A program made the position numbers and the translations under genes. A stretch of 64,000 nt of DNA from Callorhinchus milii (taxonomy: Eukaryota): NCBI RefSeq assembly GCF_018977255.1, contig NW_024704743.1, positions 50,718,001-50,782,000 on the forward strand, given 5' to 3'. Shown here piece by piece: positions 11,740-22,082 of the stretch (positions are counted from its first letter, which is position 1; each line of letters starts with the position of its first letter). The notes below the pieces were generated by a model. It made no database searches, had not been told where the DNA came from, and worked only from the letters and a program-made list of their open reading frames with translations.

Positions 11740-12533
11740 ATGTCAACAAGGTATGTGCAAATGCCACTTCATTGAAGTTGGTAAGTTGTAACTTGAGACA
11801 TAATTGGCACTGGTTTGAGTGGGATTTTCAAATCTTTGTTACAGCCTCAAATTTGATGCAACTGCTGTAAATACATAATTCTGCTATTTTCCTGAATGTA
11901 GCAGTTGAGGAAGGCAGAGAGTACTCTGTGACTCTGGAAAGGGATGTGGACATATGGAATGTGAATATAATGACTATTATGTGGAGCGATGTTGTGGACA
12001 AAACATCACCTTAGAATGATATAAGTTTAGAACAAGGAAACAAGTGCTTATAGAATTGTTTCATCAATATTTTGCAGTATTATGATCATTAAGCAAATTG
12101 TGCTACTATGGAGCCTTGAGAGAAGAAATGATCAGGAACAGATTGTGATTGGAATAAAAGATAATATGAAGCAAACTCTTAAATGGGAGAAGTTAATGCT
12201 GCAAACAGCTTTACTAATAAGTGTAGAAGAAATATCAAGAATGCATATGAGAGATATTAAGAAAAGTACAGAAAGAGATGTGGAGATAGATTAATTGGCT
12301 CACAGATGCAGTTGGGATGACTTGGATGAGGAATATGGAATGCAGTGAGTATACAGGCCTAGACAGAGATCACTGAGAAATGTGGATTAACGCATCCTTT
12401 AAGCAGATGTCCAGCAGAAAGAAAGGAATGTTACGCGTGCAAGAAATATGGGCACTATGGAAGGCAATGCAGGAATAGACGAGAGTCTGTGTGGAATTAT
12501 GGTAGAGAAACAATAGAGATGGTTGAGGGATGA
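11740..12533 (+). pseudogene. gag: Decayed Ty3/Gypsy LTR-retrotransposon gag with C-terminal zinc knuckles
   Basis: Manual translation across stops and frameshifts: NWHWFEWDFQIFVTAS...AIFLNVAVEEGREY...NITLE*YKFRTRKQVLIELFHQYFAVL*SLSKLCYYGALREEMIR/QIVIGIKD...KCGLTHPLSRCPAERKECYACKKYGHYGRQCR; CX2CX4HX4C at 12429-12470. Confidence 0.85.
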
Positions 12534-12637
12534 CATAAAAAAGGACAGGTAGGCCTCAGAGAACCAGGATAGAACAAGTACAATCAAGGCAAAAGGAAAT
12601 AATAGACAACTCTGATATGGAATTCAGAATGAATGAA

Positions 12638-12790
12638 CACAAGCGAGAGACCTGGGTTCAATTCTCGGCTGGACAAAGCCTTGGGCAAGTTTCCCTGCTC
12701 CACAGGCCTGATAGTCATCCCTCAAGAAAACAAAATCAATAATATATTGGTCACTTCAGTCCATGACTATTTGCGGGACACTATTCTGTC
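12638..12790 (+). mobile_element. tRNA-derived SINE fragment, short form
   Basis: Runs from the anticodon arm to the start of the Deu core, then joins L2 sequence. Confidence 0.8.
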
Positions 12791-12792
12791 AG

Positions 12793-13340
12793 GACTACCG
12801 TCCCATTTCCAACCTCCCCTTCCTCTCCAAGGTCCTAAACGAGTTGTTGGTTCCCAGATTTTCTCCTTCCTCTCCCACCACTCCCTTCATGAACCACTCC
12901 GATTGGGTTTCCATTCCACCCACAGCACAGAAACAGCTCTGGTCAAAGTGACAAATGACATTCTGTCCATCTGCACTAGGGCTCCCTCTGCCTCCTCATC
13001 CTCCTTGATCTCTCTGTTGCCTTCTACACCATTGACCACTCTATCCTCATCCACCGCCTCTCCTCTCAACTCAACCTTCATGGCTCTGTCCTTGAATGGT
13101 TCAGATCGTACCATTCATACTGCCTCCACTTCATCTCCACAAACGGTTTCTCCTCTAGCCCCCTCACTGTCTCCTTGGTCCCCTCCTCTTCAATATCTAT
13201 ATGCTGTCTCTTGATGACATCATCCGCACACATGGGGTCAACTTCCACATGTATGTAGATAACACCCAATTGTACCTCTCTGCCTCCACCCTTGACTCCA
13301 GGACAACTGCTGTCCCGACAGAATGTCTGTCAGACATCAA
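12793..13340 (+). mobile_element. Older L2 RT-domain fragment
   Basis: YRPISNLPFLSKV...HSTETALVKVTNDIL...FHMYVDNTQLY...CLSDI, with frameshifts. Confidence 0.9.
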
Positions 13341-15817
13341 CAACAACAACAAGATTCCATTTATAGAGCGCCTTTCACGTCAGGAGGACGTCCCAAGGCG
13401 CTGTACAGTTGGGTCAGGACCCGAGCAGGGAGGAAATGGTCAGGGTGAGGGGAGGGAAGGGAGGGAGCGAGGAGTGGGTAGAGAGTCGAGAGGGGAGCTG
13501 AAGGCACGGTCAAAGAGAAAGGTCTTGAGACCGGCCTTGAAGGAGGAAAGGGAGGAGGCGGCGAAGGCACTGGGGAATGGAGTTCCAGAGCCTAGGGGCT
13601 GAGAGGCTGAAGGCCCGTCCACCGATGGTAGGGCGGTTGGGGCGGGGGATGTGGAGCAGACCGGAGCCAGAGGAACGGAGGGGCCGGTAGCTTGATAGCT
13701 GCGATACATCAAGGGAGGATTTTTTCAAGGTGGGAGTGATGGTGGCAGTTTTTAAGGGAATGGGAACAGAGCCAGAGGAGAGGGACAGGTTGACGATGTC
13801 TGTGATATGTGGGGCAAGGAGGTGGAGCTGGGAGATAAGGAGTGGAGTGGGGATGGGGTCAAGGGAGCAGGTGGTGGGTTTCAGGGATAGGATGAGTTTG
13901 GTGACAGAGGGTGGGGAAACGGGTACGAAAGTGTGTAGAGGAGGATGGGTAGGAGTTGGAGTGTGGCAGGGAAGGGGTGGGGGGTGGGTGAATGTTGGAG
14001 GGGAAGTGACCGCGGAGCGAATTCCCTTGATTATGGATTCAAGGAAATCCAGCATCTCTTCGCAGTGAAGGTTGGAGGAGATGACCTGCGCGGGGTGGCG
14101 GGGGGGACGGAGGAGTTGGGATGTGGTAGAGAACAGTAGCCTGGGGTTGTCCTTCGCCTCCAGGATTATCCTGGAGTAGAAGGACGATTTGGCCGAGGCT
14201 AGAGTGGAGCAGTAGATTTTGAGGAGGTCCAGCCAGATTTGTCGGTGGACCGTTAGGCCAGATTTGACCCAGGTGCGTTCAGCGGCCCACACCTGGCTCT
14301 TCAGTGAGCGGAGGTGGGTGGTGAACCAGGGGGAGGAGCGAGAGTAGGAGACAGTACGGGAGGTGATGGGGGCCAGAGTATCGAGTGTGGAGGAGAGGGT
14401 GTTGTGGAGGAGGGTGAGAGCAGAAGAGGGGTCAGTGAGGGTTGAAGGCCAGAGGGAGAGGAGTTCAGAGGACTCCAAGGCAGCGGTTAGGGATTGAGGG
14501 GTAACTTTTTCCAGGGGCGGTAGAAGATGGTGGTGGGTCTGGTGGAGGTGGGGAGGGGGGTGGAGGTGGTAAAGGAGATGAAGTGGTGGTCGGAGACGGC
14601 CTTGTCGGTGATAATGACATCGGAGACACTGAGGCCCCGGGTGATCACCAAGTCGAGTGGGTGGCCGTGACTGTGAGTAGGGGAGTTGATGTGGAGGGAG
14701 AGGTTGAGCGAGGAGAGCAGGGAAGAGAAATCTGAGGAGATGGAGCAGGAGGGGGTGAAGTGCAGGTTGAAGTCACCCAGGATGATGAGGCGATCAGAGC
14801 AGAGGCAGAGAGATGTGAGAAGTATCGAGATATCAGAGATGAAGGTGGGAGAGGTTTTAGGGGGCCGGTAGAGGAGGAGGATTTTAAGTGAGAGGAAGGA
14901 GGGGTGGGAGAGGGTGAGGTGCTCAAAAGAGGGGAAGGAGCCAGAGGAGTAGGGGGATAGGGCAAGTGGTGTCCTTGAGATAAGGGCAACACCACCGCCA
15001 CGACGGTTGGGGCGAGGGATGTGGTGGGAGGTGTAGCCGGGTGGTGTGGCCTCCGTGAGGGGGAAGATGTCGCCTGGGGTGAGCCAGGTTTCCGTTAAGG
15101 CAATGATATCAACGTTCTCATCAAGGATGAGATCGTTGATGACCAGGGCCTTGTTGCAGAGGGAGCGGACATTTTGCAGTCCGATGTGGAGGGAGCGGTT
15201 GACAGAAGGGTGTGTGGGAGGGGAGGGGAGTCCAGGTTGTGAGGCAGGGGTGGGGGAAATGGGGATAAGGGAGGAGAGGTTGACTCCCCGGGTCTGTGTC
15301 CGGGGTGGCTGGCGAGTGTGGTGGGGAATGGGGCAGTCGGTGTGGCTGCTGCTGGACAGCCATCGCCGAGTGCCACGGTGAGCCCGGCGGAGGATTCCCA
15401 GGCTGGAGCAGAGGGAGGTTGTGGGAGGGTCAAGTGGGGATAGAAGGCGAGAGGGACGGAGAGAGAGGAGGAGAGCGCAGGAGAGATGCAGAGAGGGGAG
15501 GGTTTGGGGGTAGAGAGGAGGGAGGGGGTGAGGGTGTGAGGGTCATAGCGGCAGCCATATTGCGCACGCGGGGACCGGGAGCGAGCGGTCAGGTGGATGG
15601 AAACATTATCCCATAGGCTGGGGCTGGGGCAGCCAACCTAACAGGACCAACCATGGTGGGCTCTGGGGGGGGGGGGGGAGAGGATTTTTTTTTTTTTTGC
15701 GCGCGCACACTTCTGAAAACTACAACTATGACGTCAGCGGTTCCCCCACTCCGCCCCCACCCGTTCCCTCCTCAACAGCCCTGTGCTGCACTCCCTGCCG
15801 CGTCGAGCTTAAATACC
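13339..15817 (-). mobile_element. 5'-complete single-ORF L2 LINE with internal deletion of the RT domain
   Basis: CpG-rich leader; LGILRRAHRGTRR N-terminal motif; APE endonuclease motifs LQNVRSL, ALTETWL, YRPP, LGDFNLH, SDHHF; linker; junction SSYRP|LRSSGSG near 13682; intact 3' tail and (TTG)n. Confidence 0.9.
15550..15817 (-). promoter_or_regulatory. Candidate internal promoter / 5' UTR of the L2
   Basis: TATTTAA (15809-15815), GC box (15751-15756), CRE TGACGTCA (15729-15736), ACTACAA (15719-15725), GCGC tracts, YY1-like AATATGGCTGCC (15550-15561); CpGs retained. Confidence 0.55.
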
Positions 15818-16437
15818 TGAGAGGTAGGCCCAGAAAGTTTGAAAGATCATCCCTCTCACACTGGCAAACCAATTGTATTCCTCAAATATTTGAGCGCTTC
15901 AGAACCGTGACTATTGTATTTAAGGCAGCTTTGCTTCAGATGATTATTAGCTGGGGGCTAGGAAGGCATGTAACTCTATCTATCTGTAGCCTCAACAGCA
16001 GTGAGAGGAGATTATTACCTGTGTTGTCTTATCCTTTTGTTTAAAAAGCAGTTGAATCAATGAATAATTTGGCTCCCATTCAACCAGTACACAAAACTTG
16101 ATTTAAAGTAAAGTAAACCTGTTTCTTTCTTTTAGATTTTAAAAATGCAATGGACTTCGACTGGACTTTGGTGCTGAATATTAAACCAGCTGTAACTAAA
16201 TGAAACAAACTCTTTGCTCCCTCCTTCCTTTGCAGCAGATCGTGCAAGTTCACTTTATTAAAATAATATAACTTTGTTTGTTTGCCAGTTTTGCATTAAT
16301 AGCTGGAGGTTATATTGAAGGAGCCATGGAACCAGTGACGAACATCTGACAGATGGCTTCTCCCTCCTGCTGGTAAAACTGCTCTGCAGTACAAAAGCAG
16401 AAGGGAGGTAAAATTGTTAGTTTACAGATCTGATTTT

Positions 16438-16660
16438 ATAATAATAATTATAATAATCCTTGCATTTGATATAGCGCCTTATTAGGTCTTCGAGACTCTC
16501 AAAGAGCTTCACAGAATATACTGTAAAGTGAATTTTGTGGGCGAAATGTGGCAGCCAATGCTGTAAACTAAATTGCTGTTTGTGTCCCACAAACAGCTGT
16601 GGATTGAGAAGAAATCGAACCCAGGTCCCCTCACTTGTGAGGCGAGTGATCTGACCAATA
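16438..16660 (-). mobile_element. tRNA-derived SINE with internal deletion
   Basis: Reverse tail and Deu core joined directly to the B-box region. Confidence 0.8.
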
Positions 16661-16664
16661 GGCT

Positions 16665-17073
16665 CCGTACCCTGATCACACCAGTTCTAGCCAAGCTCTA
16701 GTGGTTCCTGTCACCAAACGGGTCAATTTCAAGATCCTCACACTCGTTTTCAAATCCCTTCATGCCCTGGCACCTCCCTACCTCTCCGACCTGCTTACCT
16801 CACAACTCGCTGCCTCCGCTCGACTGGCTTCAAGCTTCTGCATGACCCTCTTGCCCTCTATTCCACTACTGGGGCCATGCTTTCAGTCACTACTCCCCAA
16901 ACTCCATCCGTCCGCCTTGCCCTTCCTTCCCCATTTCCATGTTGTGCCTGAAGACCTTTTTGTATTCGACCATGCCTACGGTCACCTCCCCCTCCCCTGG
17001 CTTGGAGTCGCACTCTGGGATGCTATCCTACGTGAGAGGGGCCCTATATAAATGCATGTGGTTGTTGTTGTTG
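16665..17073 (+). mobile_element. L2 3' fragment
   Basis: RVNFKILTLVFKSLHALAPPYLSDLL; (GTT)n tail. Confidence 0.88.
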
Positions 17074-17249
17074 TAGGCTGCAGCACTCCACATTTCTAAT
17101 GTGAAGATGCTTTTGAAAGCATCTCCACATTAGGAATAATGTGATACTTTTTTACCAAGTTAACTAAAATCAGACAGAAAACATATCTGTAAAGGTTGTG
17201 CATTTGGACATCTCCTGTTGGTGTACAGAACAGTGTGAATAAATGTCAA

Positions 17250-17370
17250 CAGTGAGCTGGTGGGGTAGTGAGATTTTCACTGGCTTTTTACATTTGGGAA
17301 CTGGGTTGAGATTCACCCCAGCCTAATAAGAATAACATTAACTCTGCCTATTGGATCTGACATGGACCAA
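17250..17370 (+). mobile_element. Possible LF-SINE-like ancient SINE head
   Basis: Weak resemblance to the recalled LF-SINE head; a similar piece with CCTTTCACCTCTGG lies at 37265-37390. Confidence 0.3.
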
Positions 17371-17444
17371 TCTCAATGTACAATACAATACAAAACAAAT
17401 TTGCATTTAAATAGCGCTTTTCACATTCCAATAAGCTGAATGTG

Positions 17445-18282
17445 ATTCAGTTAGTAACACTCTCGCCTCTGAGTCAGAAGGTTGTGGGCTCAAGCCCCAC
17501 ATTGGGACTTGGAATCATATAGTCAGAGCTACAACAACAACAACTTGGATTTATATAGCGCCCTCCATGCCGGACGGTGTCTCAGAGCGCTTCACAGTAA
17601 TGGATCCCGGGGCCGAGCAAGGGGGAGGGGGAGGAAGGTGACCAAAGGCGCGGTCGAAAAGAAAGGTCTTCAGCCAAGATCTGAAAATAGGAAGAGAGGG
17701 GGCGAGGCAAAGGGAGTGAGGAAGGGAGTTCCAGAGCCTCGGGGCATAGTGGCTGAAGGCACGGCCGCCGAGGGTGGAGTGGAGCACTCGGGGGACAAGG
17801 AGGAGGCCAGACCCGGTGGAACGAAGGCAACTGGCACTGTTGTGAGGAGAGAGGAGGTCAGAGAGTTAGGGGGCTGCAGAGGAGTGGAGGGATTTGAAGT
17901 AAGGGTGAGGACAAGGGTGAGGAAGGGTGAGCTAACACTCCAATGCAATGCTTGGGGTGTATTGCATTGCCAGAGGTGCCATCCTTCAGAAGAGACTTTC
18001 AGCTGAGGTCCTGTCTGCCTGTTCAGATGGATGTTAAAGATCCCATTATACTATTCAAAAAGAAAAGGGGTTTCTCCCGATGTCCTGGCCAATCCCCCGA
18101 CTAAAATTGGTCACTCACTCCATGTCTGTTTGTGGGACATTGCTGTGTGCAACTGGTTGCCACATCCTGCCCACAAAATGTACAGTCAATCCAGTTGACA
18201 GTATATCCTGTGAAGCGCTATGAGACTTCTCAATGGAGTGATAAGGTGCTGTATCAAATGCAAGGATAATGAATTAATAATA
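17445..18282 (+). mobile_element. Full SacSINE1-like DeuSINE split by an L2 insertion
   Basis: Head CACTCTCGCCTCTGAGTCAGAAGGTTGTGGGCTCAAG at 17458; body resumes at 17929 and runs to the tail. Confidence 0.85.
17532..17928 (-). mobile_element. Young 5'-truncated L2, second tail subfamily
   Basis: GGRAFSHYAPRLWNSLP...KTFLFDRAF; flanked by GAGCTA duplication. Confidence 0.92.
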
Positions 18283-18316
18283 AGGAGTTGTGTGTTCATG
18301 AGATTCTTTTAGCTGC

Positions 18317-18356
18317 GATGTTATAAACTGTGTAAGTATGTTATAAACTGTGTAAG
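18317..18356 (+). repeat. 20-bp tandem duplication
   Basis: ATGTTATAAACTGTGTAAG twice at a 20-bp period. Confidence 0.85.
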
Positions 18357-20431
18357 GTGTAATTAAAGATTTGTCACATGAGAGCAGAATCTGATGGTGG
18401 AGCTGGTGTTCATTTGTCCAGCAACTTTGCAGTAAATGGAAATAGTGTTTCAAGTCTATTGTTTATGCAATGTGAACCTCACTGGTGTCTATAACTGAAA
18501 TTGCTAGAAACAGTGGAGTGAAAATTGTGATCTGGTGGTCTAATATTTGTGGTGGGCTAATGTTTGCAGTGTTTCATAATGTTTCATAAAATTCAAATAA
18601 GGAACACATTATGCAACGTCTCAAAAAGTTACACCATAACAACAACAAATTGAATCTATATTGCACTTTGAGAATATAACACCAGGTTATTGAAAAACAG
18701 GATCAATTGATGTAACATAACATGTCTTAATTTATCGATTTGGTCTGAGGGTATGCTTCCCCCCCACTCCCCCCACCGCTCAGACACAGAGACATAGACA
18801 CACACACACAGACAGAGAGGACTCCATCAGAGTTGTTGGACCTGAACCAAGCTGCTGTACACATTGGCCTGCCAGTCCACACATTGCACTGCCAGTTAGC
18901 AGGATATTATCTTCACTCTGATTTCTTTGGTGAGTTGAGTGTAGTGGGAGGGAGGGGATGGATTTCTTGAGGCAGCCAATTGTTTTGTTCTCGCCATCAG
19001 TGTCAGGAAACATAGATGCAGTGTTCTCGCCAACTGGAATACATTCTTAGGTAAACCCAGAGATCGCCATCAATCAATGCTAAATGAGATTTCTCCGACT
19101 TGGGCAATGGTTCTCAAGATATAACACCGTGAAAGGTAATGGAAATTCTGGCCACCTTAGAGAACACACATTCAACCAGTATAATCTTAAATAGCAATCA
19201 AGCTGAAAGTTTATAATACAGTCGTCTTGACCTCACCTCTCTGTGGGTATGAGGTGTGGACAATGTACAAACTGCATCAAAGAGTTTTTAACCCATATGA
19301 CCATTTTGCCTTAAAATTTGCGATTACCTAAAGTTGTGGAAAATTCCCAACTTTAGGCTTAATTTGGGAAGGCAATTGTTTTTAAGCAGAAACAGCTTTG
19401 AAACTAAGACTGAATTGAAGAATTATTCCCAGTTCTACATGATCAATACATTTTCAAACAAAATGATCCATCAAGTTAAGACCAGGTGGAATTTCAGATC
19501 TGAAATCTTCAGCATTGCGATTCTGTCCAGAGCAAAGAATACTCGGAAGGAGGCTCTGCCCATGAAGGTGCAGGTGTGTTGGTTGTTAGAATGCCAGATA
19601 ATAATTTATTAAAGTGTGTGTTCTATAGCCAGTTGAAATGAGGCAAATGACCTGTGATTGCTAAGTGTAAGGTCTTCACGAACTCTCCACAACAGAATCC
19701 AAATCCACCTCTAGATCATTGCCAGCAACACATGGGAGAGATGTGACTCTTGCAGAAATCAATGGCATAGCCAACAGGGTCCATTGAATGCAAACTGCTC
19801 AAGGAAAAGGAGCATAGAGTCACCAATCCAAACAGCTGTAAAATCAGCAAAGTCAAGGTCATCCTGATTTTATCTTTACATCTTGTGGCTGTCTCTTATT
19901 GTCCATCAGCCACCAGAAAGATCACCAGTGACTCTTCTTTTCTAATCGGCCAGCTGTGCGAGATATCTAACAAAAACCAATTCTACCAAATCCATTCTAT
20001 GGAAAGCAAAACAACGGGTAATAGAGCATGCAAATGATTACCTCATGTCACTGCAGCTACTCATGCTTGAAGATAATGTAGTCAGCCTTGTGACCTGCCC
20101 TGGAGGAAAGTTGCTGTGAAAGGTTGTGACCTACATTTTGTTTAGCTCCTCTGTGTTCCCAGCTCTTTTGTCGTGCACACAAATTCAGTGCTCCCCTACC
20201 TCCACTTAGTTTATTTTCCTGATCAGAGAGGAATTAGTACAAAGTGAAGTCTACACTATTTCTTTCCAAAAGTTTGCTTTGACATGACTAATGGGATGTG
20301 GTATATATAAATCTATTCATTTGGGAATTAATTGCAATATACAAATGTATAGCTATGATCAATTAGCCACATCAAAACTAATAATATGTTTGGAAATAAA
20401 TAGGATTCAATACTTTGACTATTTATTGCAA

Positions 20432-20720
20432 AGGTTAGTAGCACTCTCACCTCTGAGTGAGAAGGTTGTGGATTCAAGTCCCACAATGGGACTTGCAACT
20501 CATATAGTTGAAGCTGACACTCGAGTGCTATGCTGGAGGTGTGCTTCATTGTTGGAGGTCCTATCCTTTGGATGAGACATTAAACCATGGCCTTGTATAT
20601 CTGTTCAGATGGATGTTAATCCTGTGGCAATATTGGAAAAGAGAAGGAGGTTTCTCTTGGTGTCCTGGCCAGCAACCCCCAAATAAAATTAATCACTGTT
20701 TGCTGTACGATTATTATTAA
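20432..20720 (+). mobile_element. SacSINE1-like SINE
   Basis: Head and body match the 17445 copy. Confidence 0.8.
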
Positions 20721-20856
20721 TCATAATTGTGTACTTTAAAATCTTTATTCTGATGGAAGGAAATGATTTGCTTTCACAAAGGACATTTTTCTACAAAAAA
20801 AAGCACAACCCCATAGGTGAGAAGGAACACTTTCTATTGAGTGCGTTGAGGATATA

Positions 20857-21060
20857 TTGCCAACCTGCGTCTAATATATTCTGGAATTAGGTAAGCAGGA
20901 TGAGTCCCTCCAGGGAGAGAGTGCACATTCCAATCCGACAATCTATCTCTGGGATTTCCATGTAGGTGGAATGCATGGAATTCTCAGTTTGGTTTGGATA
21001 CTCTTAAGCATAGTGATGGGTTTCCGCATGTGTCAGATACCCGGCTGACCAAAAAAAAAG
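20857..21060 (+). repeat. Unnamed dispersed repeat family B, copy 1
   Basis: Reverse-complement match to 42238-42418 and to 49040-49118 plus 50121-50240. Confidence 0.8.
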
Positions 21061-21227
21061 TCAATAAATGGTGATGATAGTCTCCATGTGAGTTTCCAAA
21101 TTAACGCCCAGCTGTACCTGACCTAAGAACAAGCAGTAAGTGTATAATAAGTGTAGCGGAGAGAAACCGCAGCCAATAGAAATGGGTGCTAAAGCAGCTT
21201 TTCCTTTTCCAACTTCCAAATTGTCTA

Positions 21228-21565
21228 AACTGACATGCCAATACAGTGGTGGGGATGGTGCATTGTCGGAGGTGCCGTTCTTTGGATGAGACATTAAATT
21301 GAAGCTCTACTGCCTGTTCAGGTAGACGTTAAATTCCCATGTCACGATTTGAAAAGAGAAGGGAGTTTCTCCAAGTGTCTTGCCAACAATCCCCTAGATA
21401 AATTGGTTATTAGTATCACATTTGTTTGTGGGGCATTACTGTATGCAAACTGATAATCATGTTTGCCTACAAAATACACAGTCACTACACTTTACAATAA
21501 AAAACTTGTGAGGTGCTTTGAGACCTTTTGATAATATGATGAGGTGCTGCATCAAATGTGATCAT
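21228..21565 (+). mobile_element. SacSINE1-like SINE, headless
   Basis: GTCGGAGGTGCCGTTCTTTGGATGAGACATTAAA body, Deu core and tail. Confidence 0.8.
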
Positions 21566-21964
21566 AATTCTATTCGCTTCATTATAATTCCTGCTTGTGA
21601 AATTAACAGTGAAATTCAAAGCCATCAAATCATGGATTCCAAATCACCAAAATCTGAAAATAAATGAACCCGATGGGCAGCTGCTCGTTGCTTTGTTCGT
21701 GGGTCTTTTTTTGGTGCTTTGCTGACTTGGAATATGTGATTCGTGGGCCATGAATTTCATTGTAAATTTCGTAAACCGATAGCTATAATTAACACAGCAA
21801 ATCTGATTTGTGAATATTCCAAATTAGATCTCAATGCCTTTGCAGCTTTAACCCATATCCAAATCAGGTAAATTTAATTCCCAAGCAATCATGTTCATTC
21901 ATGTTCGTTCAGAGCATTCGCGCTCTGGCCAGACCATACCTGGAGTCCTGCTTGCAGATCTTAT

Positions 21965-22082
21965 CGTTTTGCCACAAAATATACAGTCAATTCGCTTACA
22001 GTACATTTTGTGAAACTCTTTGAGACGTCTCAAAGACATAATAAGGCTCTATATCAAATGTGAGGATTATTATTATTATTAT
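21965..22082 (+). mobile_element. SINE 3' tail
   Basis: Tail stem-loop and (TAT)n. Confidence 0.8.

Noticed and set aside
11740..12533. Domesticated gag-derived gene
   Set aside because: Multiple stops and frameshifts in this copy.
13440..13560. G-quadruplex-like purine tracts
   Set aside because: They are the antisense of C/T-rich L2 sequence and recur in every copy, so they are not locus-specific.
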